Of a stretch of 64,000 bases of DNA, positions 51,960-59,821 are shown in pieces (position 1 is the first letter of the stretch; the number at the start of each line of letters is the position of its first letter). The notes beneath the pieces were generated by a model. It searched no databases, was not told the origin of the DNA, and was given only the letters and a program-made list of their open reading frames with translations. Made by a program: the position numbers and the translations under genes. Source of the stretch: a virus (taxonomy: Duplodnaviria > Caudoviricetes); the IMG/VR virus record IMGVR_UViG_3300010376_002108, positions 1 through 64,000 of that record; one strand, given 5' to 3'.

Positions 51960-52329
51960 CCTGGCTTACGGGCCCTACCCGGCGCGGTGCGTTGACGTGC
52001 ACGACGGGGACACGATCATCTTTGACCTGGACCTGGGGTTCGGCATCCGGCTGCCCGGCCAGTCGTGGACCGGCAAGACGATGCTGGCCTGCCGGGTGGT
52101 GGGCATAAACGCGCCCGAGCTGAACACGGCGGAGGGGAAGGCCGCGCGGGCGTACGCGACCGGGCTGTGCCCGCCGGGCACGCCGGTGCGGGTCACCTCG
52201 CACGGGTGGGACAAGTACGGCGGCCGGTTCCTGGGCTCGGTGACGCTTCCCGAGGGCGGCGACTTCGCCACGCTGATGCTGGACGCGGGGCAGGCCAAGC
52301 CGTACAGCGGCACCGGCCCGAAAACCTGA
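51952..52329 (+). CDS. thermonuclease (SNase-like) family protein
   Basis: VDVHDGDTI..DLGF..RVVGINAPEL..DKYGGRFLG. Confidence 0.88.
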   Translation: MADLAYGPYPARCVDVHDGDTIIFDLDLGFGIRLPGQSWTGKTMLACRVVGINAPELNTAEGKAARAYATGLCPPGTPVRVTSHGWDKYGGRFLGSVTLPEGGDFATLMLDAGQAKPYSGTGPKT

Positions 52330-52480
52330 CCTTTACGAATAGTCCCTGCGCGGGCCTGAGAGCGACGGAGAGCGGCTGGCCGTTGCCTGTGCCGTATCAC
52401 GCGCGGAGGCTGCTGTGCGCCGTGCAGCGGCGGCGGCGCGCACGACGAGGGCCTGTTTCGCTGGCCAGCCCTCCAGCGGC

Positions 52481-52529
52481 GGCGGCCCGCGCCCCTTGAG
52501 TCCTCCTGCAAGGGGCGCGGGCCGCCTTT
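52481..52529 (+). terminator. intrinsic terminator-like hairpin
   Basis: 18-bp stem 52481-52498 / 52509-52526 followed by TTT. Confidence 0.65.
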
Positions 52530-52772
52530 GCCGTCGCTGCATATGACGGGAGGTTTGACCCTCTACTAATACCTATCCAGGATCCGCGAACTTGGTGCGG
52601 GCAGCGCGAGAGCCCGGCCGGAAAAGCTGGACCTTAGCCGGGCCGGGCCCTCACCGGACGCGCTGACGGGCGCCAAGACCGCCAGCATAGGCCGGGACCG
52701 GCGAGCGCCGCCTGACGGTCCCGGGTTTTTCCGCACGCCTGACAGCCCCTACCGGGGCGGTTAGGTTAGCGG

Positions 52773-53648
52773 GTGAAGGGCACGACCGCCCCATCCTCCA
52801 CAGAAGCGGCGGGCGTGCGACCAACGAGATTAAGGATAGCCATGTCGCTGCCGCCTGCGACGCCGCCGGCGCAACACGCACCCGAAAACCACGCCCACAC
52901 CACCGCCGTGGCGGGCAACCGCCCGGCCGGGCATTACACCGTCCGCGAGGGCGACTCTCTCTGGTCGATCGCGCACCACCTGTGGGGGCACGGATCCCGG
53001 TGGCCGCTGCTGTGGAAAGCCAACCCCGGGCTGCGCCGCCACCCCAACGCGATCCGCCCCGGTGACCGGCTGGCCGTGCCCGCCGACCCGCCGATGGCCC
53101 GGTCCCTCGTCAACGCCGCCTATGCTGCCGCTACGCCCGCAGTCCCCGCTGCGGCGAGCGCCGCCCCGGTCGCCGCAGCCCCCCCGGCGGCGGCCGGGGA
53201 CGGTGACCACGACGGCGACGACCCGCCCGGGTTCAGTACGGCGCCGGGCAGCTTCGCCGCCTCCACCCACGCCGCGATCCACCACTACGCGTGCGGCGAC
53301 GGCGACGGCGACGGGTACGACATGCCGTGCTGGAAACTGCACCGGCACACCGCCACCACCCCGGCCGCGCCCGCCGCGCAGTCGCCCGTCGTCTACAGTG
53401 CCCCGGCGGCCGGCGGCGTGTGGGGCTGCATCGCCCAGCACGAGTCCGGCAACACCAACGCCGACACCGGCAACGGGTTCTACGGCTACTTCCAGTTCAC
53501 CGCCGCCACCTGGCAGTCGATCAGCGGCCTGGGCGGCGTCGCCTCGGACTACTCCTACGGCACCCAGCTCGCCATGGCCGAAAAGCTCCAGGCCACGTCC
53601 GGGTGGGGCAACTGGCCGGTCACCTCAGTGGCCTGCGGCGTCGGATGA
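52773..53648 (+). CDS. LysM plus resuscitation-promoting factor (Rpf)-type transglycosylase (start 52773, 52815 or 52842)
   Basis: YTVREGDSLWSIA..ANP..IRPGDRLAVP; WGCIAQHESGN..NGFYGYFQF..TW..QLAMAEKL..GWGNWP..C. Confidence 0.88.
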   Translation: MKGTTAPSSTEAAGVRPTRLRIAMSLPPATPPAQHAPENHAHTTAVAGNRPAGHYTVREGDSLWSIAHHLWGHGSRWPLLWKANPGLRRHPNAIRPGDRLAVPADPPMARSLVNAAYAAATPAVPAAASAAPVAAAPPAAAGDGDHDGDDPPGFSTAPGSFAASTHAAIHHYACGDGDGDGYDMPCWKLHRHTATTPAAPAAQSPVVYSAPAAGGVWGCIAQHESGNTNADTGNGFYGYFQFTAATWQSISGLGGVASDYSYGTQLAMAEKLQATSGWGNWPVTSVACGVG

Positions 53649-53657
53649 GAGGCCGCC

Positions 53658-54515
53658 ATGAGAAGACAACTGGCCGCCACGGTCCTGGCCGCCGCCACGG
53701 CGGTCCTGACGCTGCTGCCCGCCGCCCCGGCCAGCGCCCGCGCATCCTGCACCGCCGGCATCGGCGGCGGCTGCGGCCCCTACCACTGGGCGGGCTGGCC
53801 CGGGTCGAACGGGTTCAACACCTACGTCATCGACCAGGCCGTCAACGTCCAGACGGGCAGCACCGGGCACATCACCGCCCGCAGCCCGTCGTCGTGGCAG
53901 GCCACCGCCAGCTACGCCTCATGCGGCGGGTGCGTGCAAACTTTCACCGCCGTCCAGCAGCTCACCAACAACTGGGGCGGCGGCGGGTGGAACGGCAGCG
54001 CCGACACGCCCGTCTCCGCACTGGCCAAACTCCAGGTGCGCTACGCCGAAACCGCCCCGTCCGGGCCCGGTAACCAGTACGAGTTCGCCCCCGACATCTG
54101 GACAAGCTACTCCGGGCAGCTCGGCCCCGGCACCGGCGACGTGATGATGTGGGCCGACACCACCGGGCGGCGGTGCACTGATAACGGGCTCGGCGCCGGG
54201 GACATCATCGGCCACGCCGCCCTGGCCGGCCAGCCGTGGACGGTGTACCGGTACGGCCCCGCCGGGGGTGAGATCGTGTTTATCCGCGACGGCGGCAAGT
54301 CCGGCGATCCGGCGGGCACCGGCACCTGCGCCACCGCCAAGTCGGGCACGCTGCACGTCCTGTCCGCGCTCAAATGGCTGTCCGGGCACGCGGCCAGGTT
54401 CCCGCCGCTGTCCCGGCTGACCATGTCCCAGCTCAACACCGGATGGGAGATAACTGACGGCGGCGGGGCCGGGTATGCCGTGACCGCCCTGGCCTACCCG
54501 GTCGCGGTGAAGTGA
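53658..54515 (+). CDS. secreted GH12-like glycoside hydrolase
   Basis: Sec signal (MRRQLAATVLAAATAVLTLLPAAPASA); YEFAPDIW, DVMMW, QLNTGWEI. Confidence 0.7.
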   Translation: MRRQLAATVLAAATAVLTLLPAAPASARASCTAGIGGGCGPYHWAGWPGSNGFNTYVIDQAVNVQTGSTGHITARSPSSWQATASYASCGGCVQTFTAVQQLTNNWGGGGWNGSADTPVSALAKLQVRYAETAPSGPGNQYEFAPDIWTSYSGQLGPGTGDVMMWADTTGRRCTDNGLGAGDIIGHAALAGQPWTVYRYGPAGGEIVFIRDGGKSGDPAGTGTCATAKSGTLHVLSALKWLSGHAARFPPLSRLTMSQLNTGWEITDGGGAGYAVTALAYPVAVK

Positions 54516-54696
54516 GCCGCCGCCAGCCGGCCGGGGAGGATGTGGGCGCTGCGCTGTCCCGCGAGGTGGCCGAGCGGTTTGACCGGCTCATCGGCCCCCG
54601 GCCGCCCGGGTGGCGGTACCGTCCCCGGCGGCACCCGCGCACCGGCCGGTTTATGACCGTGACCGAGCGCGCGGATCTGCTGCTCGGGCCGCGCTG

Positions 54697-54945
54697 TTAG
54701 GCGTGGGCGGCGACAAGTTCCGCGAGCTGCCCCGGGTGCGCGGCCTGGTAGTGGGCGGTGAGCCGCTTAGAGCCGCCCTTGCCGCCCGCCACGGTGTGCG
54801 CCGGGTCGAACCGGCATCCGAGCGTGGGGGCGTGGCTGACGGTCACCGGGTGCGCCCGGCCGTCGGTAAGCCGTGTCGGGTGCTTCGCCTTGCCTGCTGA
54901 TTTCGCCATGACCGGGCAGCCTACCTGTCTTTCCAGGTCCACCAC
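54697..54945 (-). CDS. hypothetical protein (possible C/H zinc finger)
   Basis: End of the minus-strand arm. Confidence 0.45.
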   Translation of the reverse strand: MVDLERQVGCPVMAKSAGKAKHPTRLTDGRAHPVTVSHAPTLGCRFDPAHTVAGGKGGSKRLTAHYQAAHPGQLAELVAAHA

Positions 54946-55190
54946 GTCGTCTTAGGTTTGGCACGGGGCTGGGGCATGTCCCGGGCGGCGTGCCAGGCGT
55001 GCCAGGCGTCGATCAGCTCGGCCGGTTCCCAGCGCGTGCGGGGCGGCACGATCGGCGGGTAGACGACCTGGCCCCGGTGGGTGCGGGCGCGCTGGCAGTT
55101 GCAGGACAGGCAGATGTACGGCCCGGAGAAGGTGAGCCGGATCTGGTGTGGCAGCGAGTCGTCCTGCCAGACCGGCATGCGGCCATGCTG

Positions 55191-55451
55191 TCACCGGCAC
55201 TGTCCGGTCCGGCACAGGACACGCCTGGGCGCGGGCAGCACGGCATCCGCCGACCGGTGCTGGGTGCCGCCGCGCTGCCGGGCAGTCGGCGGCTGGAGCG
55301 GCTGGTACCGCACCGTCCGCTCGGCGTAGTGGCCGCAGTCCAGGGTCAGCTCCCACCAGCGGGTGCGGCGGGAGGTGTCCGGGCCGAGGACGCTGCCGCG
55401 TCCCTCGTAGAAGCCGCGCACGTCAGTGACGCGGCGCCAGGTGCCGGTCAT
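55191..55451 (-). CDS. hypothetical protein, 86 aa
   Basis: Coupled start; WWELTLDCGH. Confidence 0.55.
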   Translation of the reverse strand: MTGTWRRVTDVRGFYEGRGSVLGPDTSRRTRWWELTLDCGHYAERTVRYQPLQPPTARQRGGTQHRSADAVLPAPRRVLCRTGQCR

Positions 55452-55747
55452 GCCCGGCCGCCGGTTCCGGCGCGCGGGGCCAGCGGCGGGCAGCCGCCCG
55501 GGGGCCGGCCGTCGTCGCGCCACAGCAGCCCGCAGCCGTCGCAGGCGTGCTGGCCGCAGTTGGGGCAGGTGGTCACCTTGTGCGCCGGGTGCTGGCAGCC
55601 GAACCGGACGTCGTGCAGGTGTTCCTGGTGCTGGCGGCGCACGCGGGAGCGGGACGGCCCGGTGTAGGCCGCCCCGCCGCACCCGCATTCGCCGGTGAAC
55701 CGGCCCCGTGTCTCGCTGGTGGTCAGCCAGTGCCCCTGAATCCTCAC
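55448..55747 (-). CDS. Cys/His-rich hypothetical protein, 99 aa
   Basis: CGCG, HQEH, CQHPAH, CPNC, CDGC. Confidence 0.5.
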   Translation of the reverse strand: MRIQGHWLTTSETRGRFTGECGCGGAAYTGPSRSRVRRQHQEHLHDVRFGCQHPAHKVTTCPNCGQHACDGCGLLWRDDGRPPGGCPPLAPRAGTGGRA

Positions 55748-55750
55748 GGG

Positions 55751-55963
55751 TCACCCATACCGGATCCCGGCCCTGAGCAGGACGGCCCACTGGAAGCCGC
55801 AGCGCAGCGAGCAGAACACGCCGTTGGCCCGGTAGCCGGGCTTGTCGTTTCCCGGCAGCTCCAGGCGCATCTGCTCGCCGCACCACAGGCAGGTGCCGTC
55901 GTAGGGCGTGTTCGGGGTGTGGTGCCCTTCGCCCTTGCCGTTGCTGAATGACAAGGTGCCCAT
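55751..55963 (-). CDS. small zinc-finger protein, 70 aa
   Basis: CLWCG...FCSLRC. Confidence 0.6.
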   Translation of the reverse strand: MGTLSFSNGKGEGHHTPNTPYDGTCLWCGEQMRLELPGNDKPGYRANGVFCSLRCGFQWAVLLRAGIRYG

Positions 55964-56196
55964 CAGGCCGGCTCTCCGTTCTCGTAGACGGCGTACACCA
56001 CGCCGGGGTGGGCGTCGGCCCAGCGGCGGTACTTGGCCACCGTGTCGGGGGCCATGCCCAGGTGGCGGGCGATGCCGGTGTCGGTGCGCAGGCCCAGCCA
56101 GTCGCGGGCGAACACGTACTCGTCCAGGGTGACGGCACGCGGCGTCCACTCCGTCTTCTCAGCCACGACGCTCACCTCCCTAGTGGTCGTGGTCAT
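55963..56196 (-). CDS. putative HTH DNA-binding protein, 77 aa
   Basis: TDTGIARHLGMAPDTVAKYRRW. Confidence 0.6.
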   Translation of the reverse strand: MTTTTREVSVVAEKTEWTPRAVTLDEYVFARDWLGLRTDTGIARHLGMAPDTVAKYRRWADAHPGVVYAVYENGEPA

Positions 56197-56537
56197 GCCA
56201 GCGCTCTTTTGCGCCGGATCTTCCCGGCCGTGTCGCGGGCCGCCTGACCGGGCTGCTCGATGTCGCGCTTGCCGTGCTCGGCCGCCTCGGCGCCCGAGCC
56301 CCACAGCGCGACCGGTGTCGTGTAGGCGCGGGCCGCTTCCACGTCGTCGCCGGTCAGCAGGCCGACGGCCAGGGCGATCCGCAGGCCCAGCGATTCGTCC
56401 ATGTCGTGCACCGCGACCCAGCCGGCGCACAGCCTGCCGTTGTCCTGGTGGCAGAAGAACGCGCCCGGGGGCTGCGCCCATGTCGCCTCGTCGTAGGGCG
56501 GCAGCTTGTCGCACTCGGCCGCGTCAGCGGCGGTCAT
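56193..56537 (-). CDS. DUF6283-like protein, apparently N-terminally truncated
   Basis: YDEATWAQP..FFCHQ..LCAGW..SGAEAAEHG; family recognised from memory only. Confidence 0.5.
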   Translation of the reverse strand: MTAADAAECDKLPPYDEATWAQPPGAFFCHQDNGRLCAGWVAVHDMDESLGLRIALAVGLLTGDDVEAARAYTTPVALWGSGAEAAEHGKRDIEQPGQAARDTAGKIRRKRALA

Positions 56538-56776
56538 AGCCGGTCCCCCTCGTCGTAGATCACGAACCGGTCACCCGGCCTGTTGTCATGCCAGCGGGTC
56601 ATCGCGTCGTCCAGGTTGCTGTGCTGCACCTGGGCGGACACGCCGTCGCCGCCGCGCCACTGGTTGTTGTCCGGCCAGGCGATGGTGTAGGCGGTGCGGC
56701 CGAAACTGTCCGGGTGGTTGTCCAGCAGTTCGATCAGCACCTCGCCGTCCGCCGGGCGGCGCATCGGCGCGGTCAC
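56534..56776 (-). CDS. hypothetical protein, 80 aa
   Basis: Coupled overlaps at both ends. Confidence 0.55.
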   Translation of the reverse strand: MTAPMRRPADGEVLIELLDNHPDSFGRTAYTIAWPDNNQWRGGDGVSAQVQHSNLDDAMTRWHDNRPGDRFVIYDEGDRL

Positions 56777-57075
56777 GACAGCCCGCTCGGGGGCGCGGGC
56801 TCGATGCTGATCGAGAACGCGCACAGCGGCCGGTTGGGCTGCCCGTCGGGACGGGTCGGCCGCGCCGTCGGCACCGCCGTGTACAGCGCCCACGCGGCAG
56901 GCTTGGACGGGAACACCATTGCCTTGGCCGGGTCGGCGGTCCACCGGGCTTCGCCCTGCCCGTCGTGGGCTTCGGGGTCATAAGCGCGGAGGTACTGGCC
57001 GGCCGGGTTGCGCCTGCCGGGGTGGCGGGCGATGCCTTGCAGGGCCAGGCAGCGGATCACGATGCGCTCAGTCAT
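56773..57075 (-). CDS. hypothetical protein, 100 aa
   Basis: GGGAGG SD; YDPEAHDGQG..WTADPAKAMVF..PDGQPNRPL. Confidence 0.7.
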   Translation of the reverse strand: MTERIVIRCLALQGIARHPGRRNPAGQYLRAYDPEAHDGQGEARWTADPAKAMVFPSKPAAWALYTAVPTARPTRPDGQPNRPLCAFSISIEPAPPSGLS

Positions 57076-57356
57076 CGCGGGTTGCCTCCCTTGATGGTGT
57101 GCGGGTGCGCGGGGCACATGACGTTGCACGGCATGCTCGCCGGGTGCACGTGGTGCGGGGCGTCCGGGTCGGGCAGGCCGAGCGCGTCCGCGACCGGCGC
57201 GGCGGCGACCATGGCCACCTCGGCTGCGGTCACCGGCTCGCTGAAACCGGCGCCGAGCGCGACGGTGCGGTTGATGATCGCGCCCCGGTCCGCGCCGGGC
57301 TCGATGGCGGTCGCGGTGAGCATGAGCTGGACGATCAGGCTAGTCCGGTTGTTCAT
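57072..57356 (-). CDS. hypothetical protein, 94 aa
   Basis: Preceded by a full promoter-SD cassette. Confidence 0.65.
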   Translation of the reverse strand: MNNRTSLIVQLMLTATAIEPGADRGAIINRTVALGAGFSEPVTAAEVAMVAAAPVADALGLPDPDAPHHVHPASMPCNVMCPAHPHTIKGGNPR

Positions 57357-57360
57357 GTTA

Positions 57361-57421
57361 CTTCCTCTCCACATACGAGTATAGCGAACGGCCCCGGCGG
57401 ATTGCAACCGCCGGGGCCGTT
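57361..57421 (-). promoter_or_regulatory. sigma70-type promoter TTGCAA-N18-TATACT-N7-GGAGAGGAAG with -35 inside a perfect 14-bp hairpin
   Basis: AACGGCCCCGGCGG attgcaa CCGCCGGGGCCGTT at 57387-57421. Confidence 0.75.
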
Positions 57422-57433
57422 CTTCCCCGCATT

Positions 57434-57616
57434 TCACTCGTTCTCGCACTCGGCCGCGTCAGCGGCAGCGGCGAGCAGGGCCGCCCGGACCGCAGCATGA
57501 TCAAGACCGCACCACTCGCACCGCCGGCCCGGCGTGTAGTGCGGGCCGTCACCGGTCACGCAGTTCCACGCCGGGGCGGTGCGGGCGAACAGGTCCGGGT
57601 TGACAGGGGTTCTCAT
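57434..57616 (-). CDS. small Cys/His protein, 60 aa
   Basis: Overlaps the HAD stop codon; CEWCG. Confidence 0.55.
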   Translation of the reverse strand: MRTPVNPDLFARTAPAWNCVTGDGPHYTPGRRCEWCGLDHAAVRAALLAAAADAAECENE

Positions 57617-58461
57617 TACGCTGCCACCCACCCTTCGGTGACCGTCCACTTGCCCGACGCCTGCGGGGCGACGGTGACGAACGGCCGGCCCCGCGCCGCC
57701 TCAATCTCGGCGGGCGTGGCGAGCCGCTCGTCTTCGGGCAGGAACAGCCCGGCCCGGAACGCGGCCACCTCGGCGTCCACCGTCTCGGGGGCTGCGGGCC
57801 ATTCCAGCGGCAGTACCGGCTGGATGCCGCGCCTGGCCGCCAGGGCGTCTAGCCACAGGTGGGCTGCGGCGAAGTTCTCACGGGTCAGGCCCTTGGCCGG
57901 GTTGACCGTGACCACAAGCTGGTCGCCGTCGTAGAAGTCGGCCAGCGCGTCGGCCGCGTCCAGCTCGTCATCGAACCAGATCACCGGCCGCCCCCGGGCG
58001 TACAGCGCCAGGGCGAGAGCCTTCTGCTCACCGATCGTCGGCCGCCGGCTGCTGCCCATCAGGAACGCGCGCCGCGCCGGGCTCACCGGCACGTACGGCA
58101 TGTCGGGCAGGCCCACGATGGGGGCGATGTCGTACTTGGCGTCTTCCTCCCACATGGTGCACCAGACCAGCTCGGCTCCGGTGGCTTCGGCCAGCGCGAC
58201 CAGCGCGGGGCCGTGCTGCGGGTTGACCCGCACCCAGATGCCGCCGCCTGCCCGGCTGTCCGCGCCTGCCAGGACGTCGGTCCAGCCGTCGGCGCGGGGT
58301 GCGCGCCGCCACCAGGACCGGTTTCCGTCCGTGACGGGCTGGTAGTCATCGAACCGGTTGAGCACGCCGTCAACATCGACGGCGATGATCGGCCTGTCAG
58401 CGTCGGGCCGCCGCAGGGCGGTACCGTTCAGGCCGTAATTCAGGTTGTTCAAGTTAATCAC
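57616..58461 (-). CDS. HAD-superfamily phosphatase (Swiss-Army-knife RNA-repair type)
   Basis: IIAVDVDGVLN, LVWCTMW, VIWFDDE; SD places the start at GTG 58461. Confidence 0.8.
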   Translation of the reverse strand: MINLNNLNYGLNGTALRRPDADRPIIAVDVDGVLNRFDDYQPVTDGNRSWWRRAPRADGWTDVLAGADSRAGGGIWVRVNPQHGPALVALAEATGAELVWCTMWEEDAKYDIAPIVGLPDMPYVPVSPARRAFLMGSSRRPTIGEQKALALALYARGRPVIWFDDELDAADALADFYDGDQLVVTVNPAKGLTRENFAAAHLWLDALAARRGIQPVLPLEWPAAPETVDAEVAAFRAGLFLPEDERLATPAEIEAARGRPFVTVAPQASGKWTVTEGWVAA

Positions 58462-58555
58462 TCTATATCGCTTCCTCTCCAAAAAAGCCTTACAACTAGT
58501 ACAACAACAGGAATGGCGGGTTTATTCCCTTTCCCGCCATTCCTGGTGCCATTTC

Positions 58556-59758
58556 TTATCCGGCGTAGGCGACGCCCTCATGGTCGGGCCGCACCTCGTG
58601 CGAATGCTCGACCAGGCCGCCGTGCGCGGCCAGCCCGGCGTGCCGGAACGCCCACCTGGCCAGGCCGCCGCTGAGGCCGACCCGGTAGACCAGGCCCTCA
58701 CGTTCCATGTTGCGCAACTCGGCCAGCACCTCGGCCGTATTCGTCTCGTGCGGGCCGAACCGGGCCCGGACGGCGAACGCGACCGCCAGGGCGTCTGCGC
58801 CCGGCCCGTCGGCGGGCAGGTCGGCCAGCACGTCGCGGATCTGGCCGGGCAGCGGGTACCGGGCGTTGCCGATCCGCGCCTGCTCGGTCCGGGCCGCCTC
58901 CACCGCGTCGAGCAGCGCGGCCACCGCTTCGGGCGTGTTCAGCCGGGCGGTCCAGTTGACGTCGCCCGCGTCAGTGATCCGCTCGCCCAGCCACACGTGC
59001 GCCCGGTCGGTGACGCCGATGGCGAGCGGGGCGCGGCCGGCCTGTCCGACCCGCCACGTCATGGTTATGTGCTCGGGGGTGTCGCCGGGCCCGGTGATGT
59101 TCGCCTCATGCGGGGCGCCCAAGCGCGGGTTGAGGGGGGTGGTGGCGGCGCGGTGCATGTCCACGCGCCGCTGCGCGGCCTCCCGGTCGGCCGCGTGGGC
59201 GGACAGGCCCAGGCCGCAGCCGTGCGGGCACCACACCAGGTAGCCGTCCGCCGGGGCGGCCTGCTGCCAGCCGGCACCGCCGGCCTGGGTGACATTCGCC
59301 TCATGCGGAGTGCTGTCGCGGGCGGGCTCGTGCCTGCCCTTGTCGTGATCGCAGGCTGCCGTGCAGCGGGTCACGTCGTCCACGGTGTAGCCGCCCTCGT
59401 CGCGGCCGATGGTCAGCTCGCGGTAGCGGACGGACACGGTGACCGGCTCGGTGCGGGCGGTGGCGAGCAGCCGGTGCGCGGATTCCAGCGGCAGGCCGTA
59501 CTTGCCGTGCAGCAGGGTGGCCGTCTCGTGCTCGTCTTCGGCGTCGGCCTGCGCGAATTCGCGGGTGACGAATCCGCCGGCGGTGACGATCGTCCGGTCG
59601 TTGTGGTGGATGGTCAGCACCCAGGTTTCGGCGGGGTCCTCGTCGTTCAGCGCGGCCAGGTAGGACCAGCCGCCGTCGGGGTGCGCGCCGTAGCTGCCGG
59701 ACGCGTACCGGGTCCAGGTCAGGATGTCAGTCATGTTTGCGTTCCCCTGCGTTTCCAT
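58556..59758 (-). CDS. mosaic hypothetical protein, 400 aa, possible C-terminal winged helix
   Basis: GGAGAGGAAG SD; VLAELRNMEREGLVYRVG; internal PHEAN repeats. Confidence 0.7.
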   Translation of the reverse strand: METQGNANMTDILTWTRYASGSYGAHPDGGWSYLAALNDEDPAETWVLTIHHNDRTIVTAGGFVTREFAQADAEDEHETATLLHGKYGLPLESAHRLLATARTEPVTVSVRYRELTIGRDEGGYTVDDVTRCTAACDHDKGRHEPARDSTPHEANVTQAGGAGWQQAAPADGYLVWCPHGCGLGLSAHAADREAAQRRVDMHRAATTPLNPRLGAPHEANITGPGDTPEHITMTWRVGQAGRAPLAIGVTDRAHVWLGERITDAGDVNWTARLNTPEAVAALLDAVEAARTEQARIGNARYPLPGQIRDVLADLPADGPGADALAVAFAVRARFGPHETNTAEVLAELRNMEREGLVYRVGLSGGLARWAFRHAGLAAHGGLVEHSHEVRPDHEGVAYAG

Positions 59759-59821
59759 TTCGGCTTCCTCTCCAAAGCCATACACTACTATACAACGCGG
59801 CAACGGCACAAGGTATTCCGG

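Noticed and set aside
52730-52800. c-di-AMP (ydaO) riboswitch upstream of rpf
   Set aside because: Only a loose resemblance to the 3' consensus, and on the antisense strand; the 5' conserved elements were not found.
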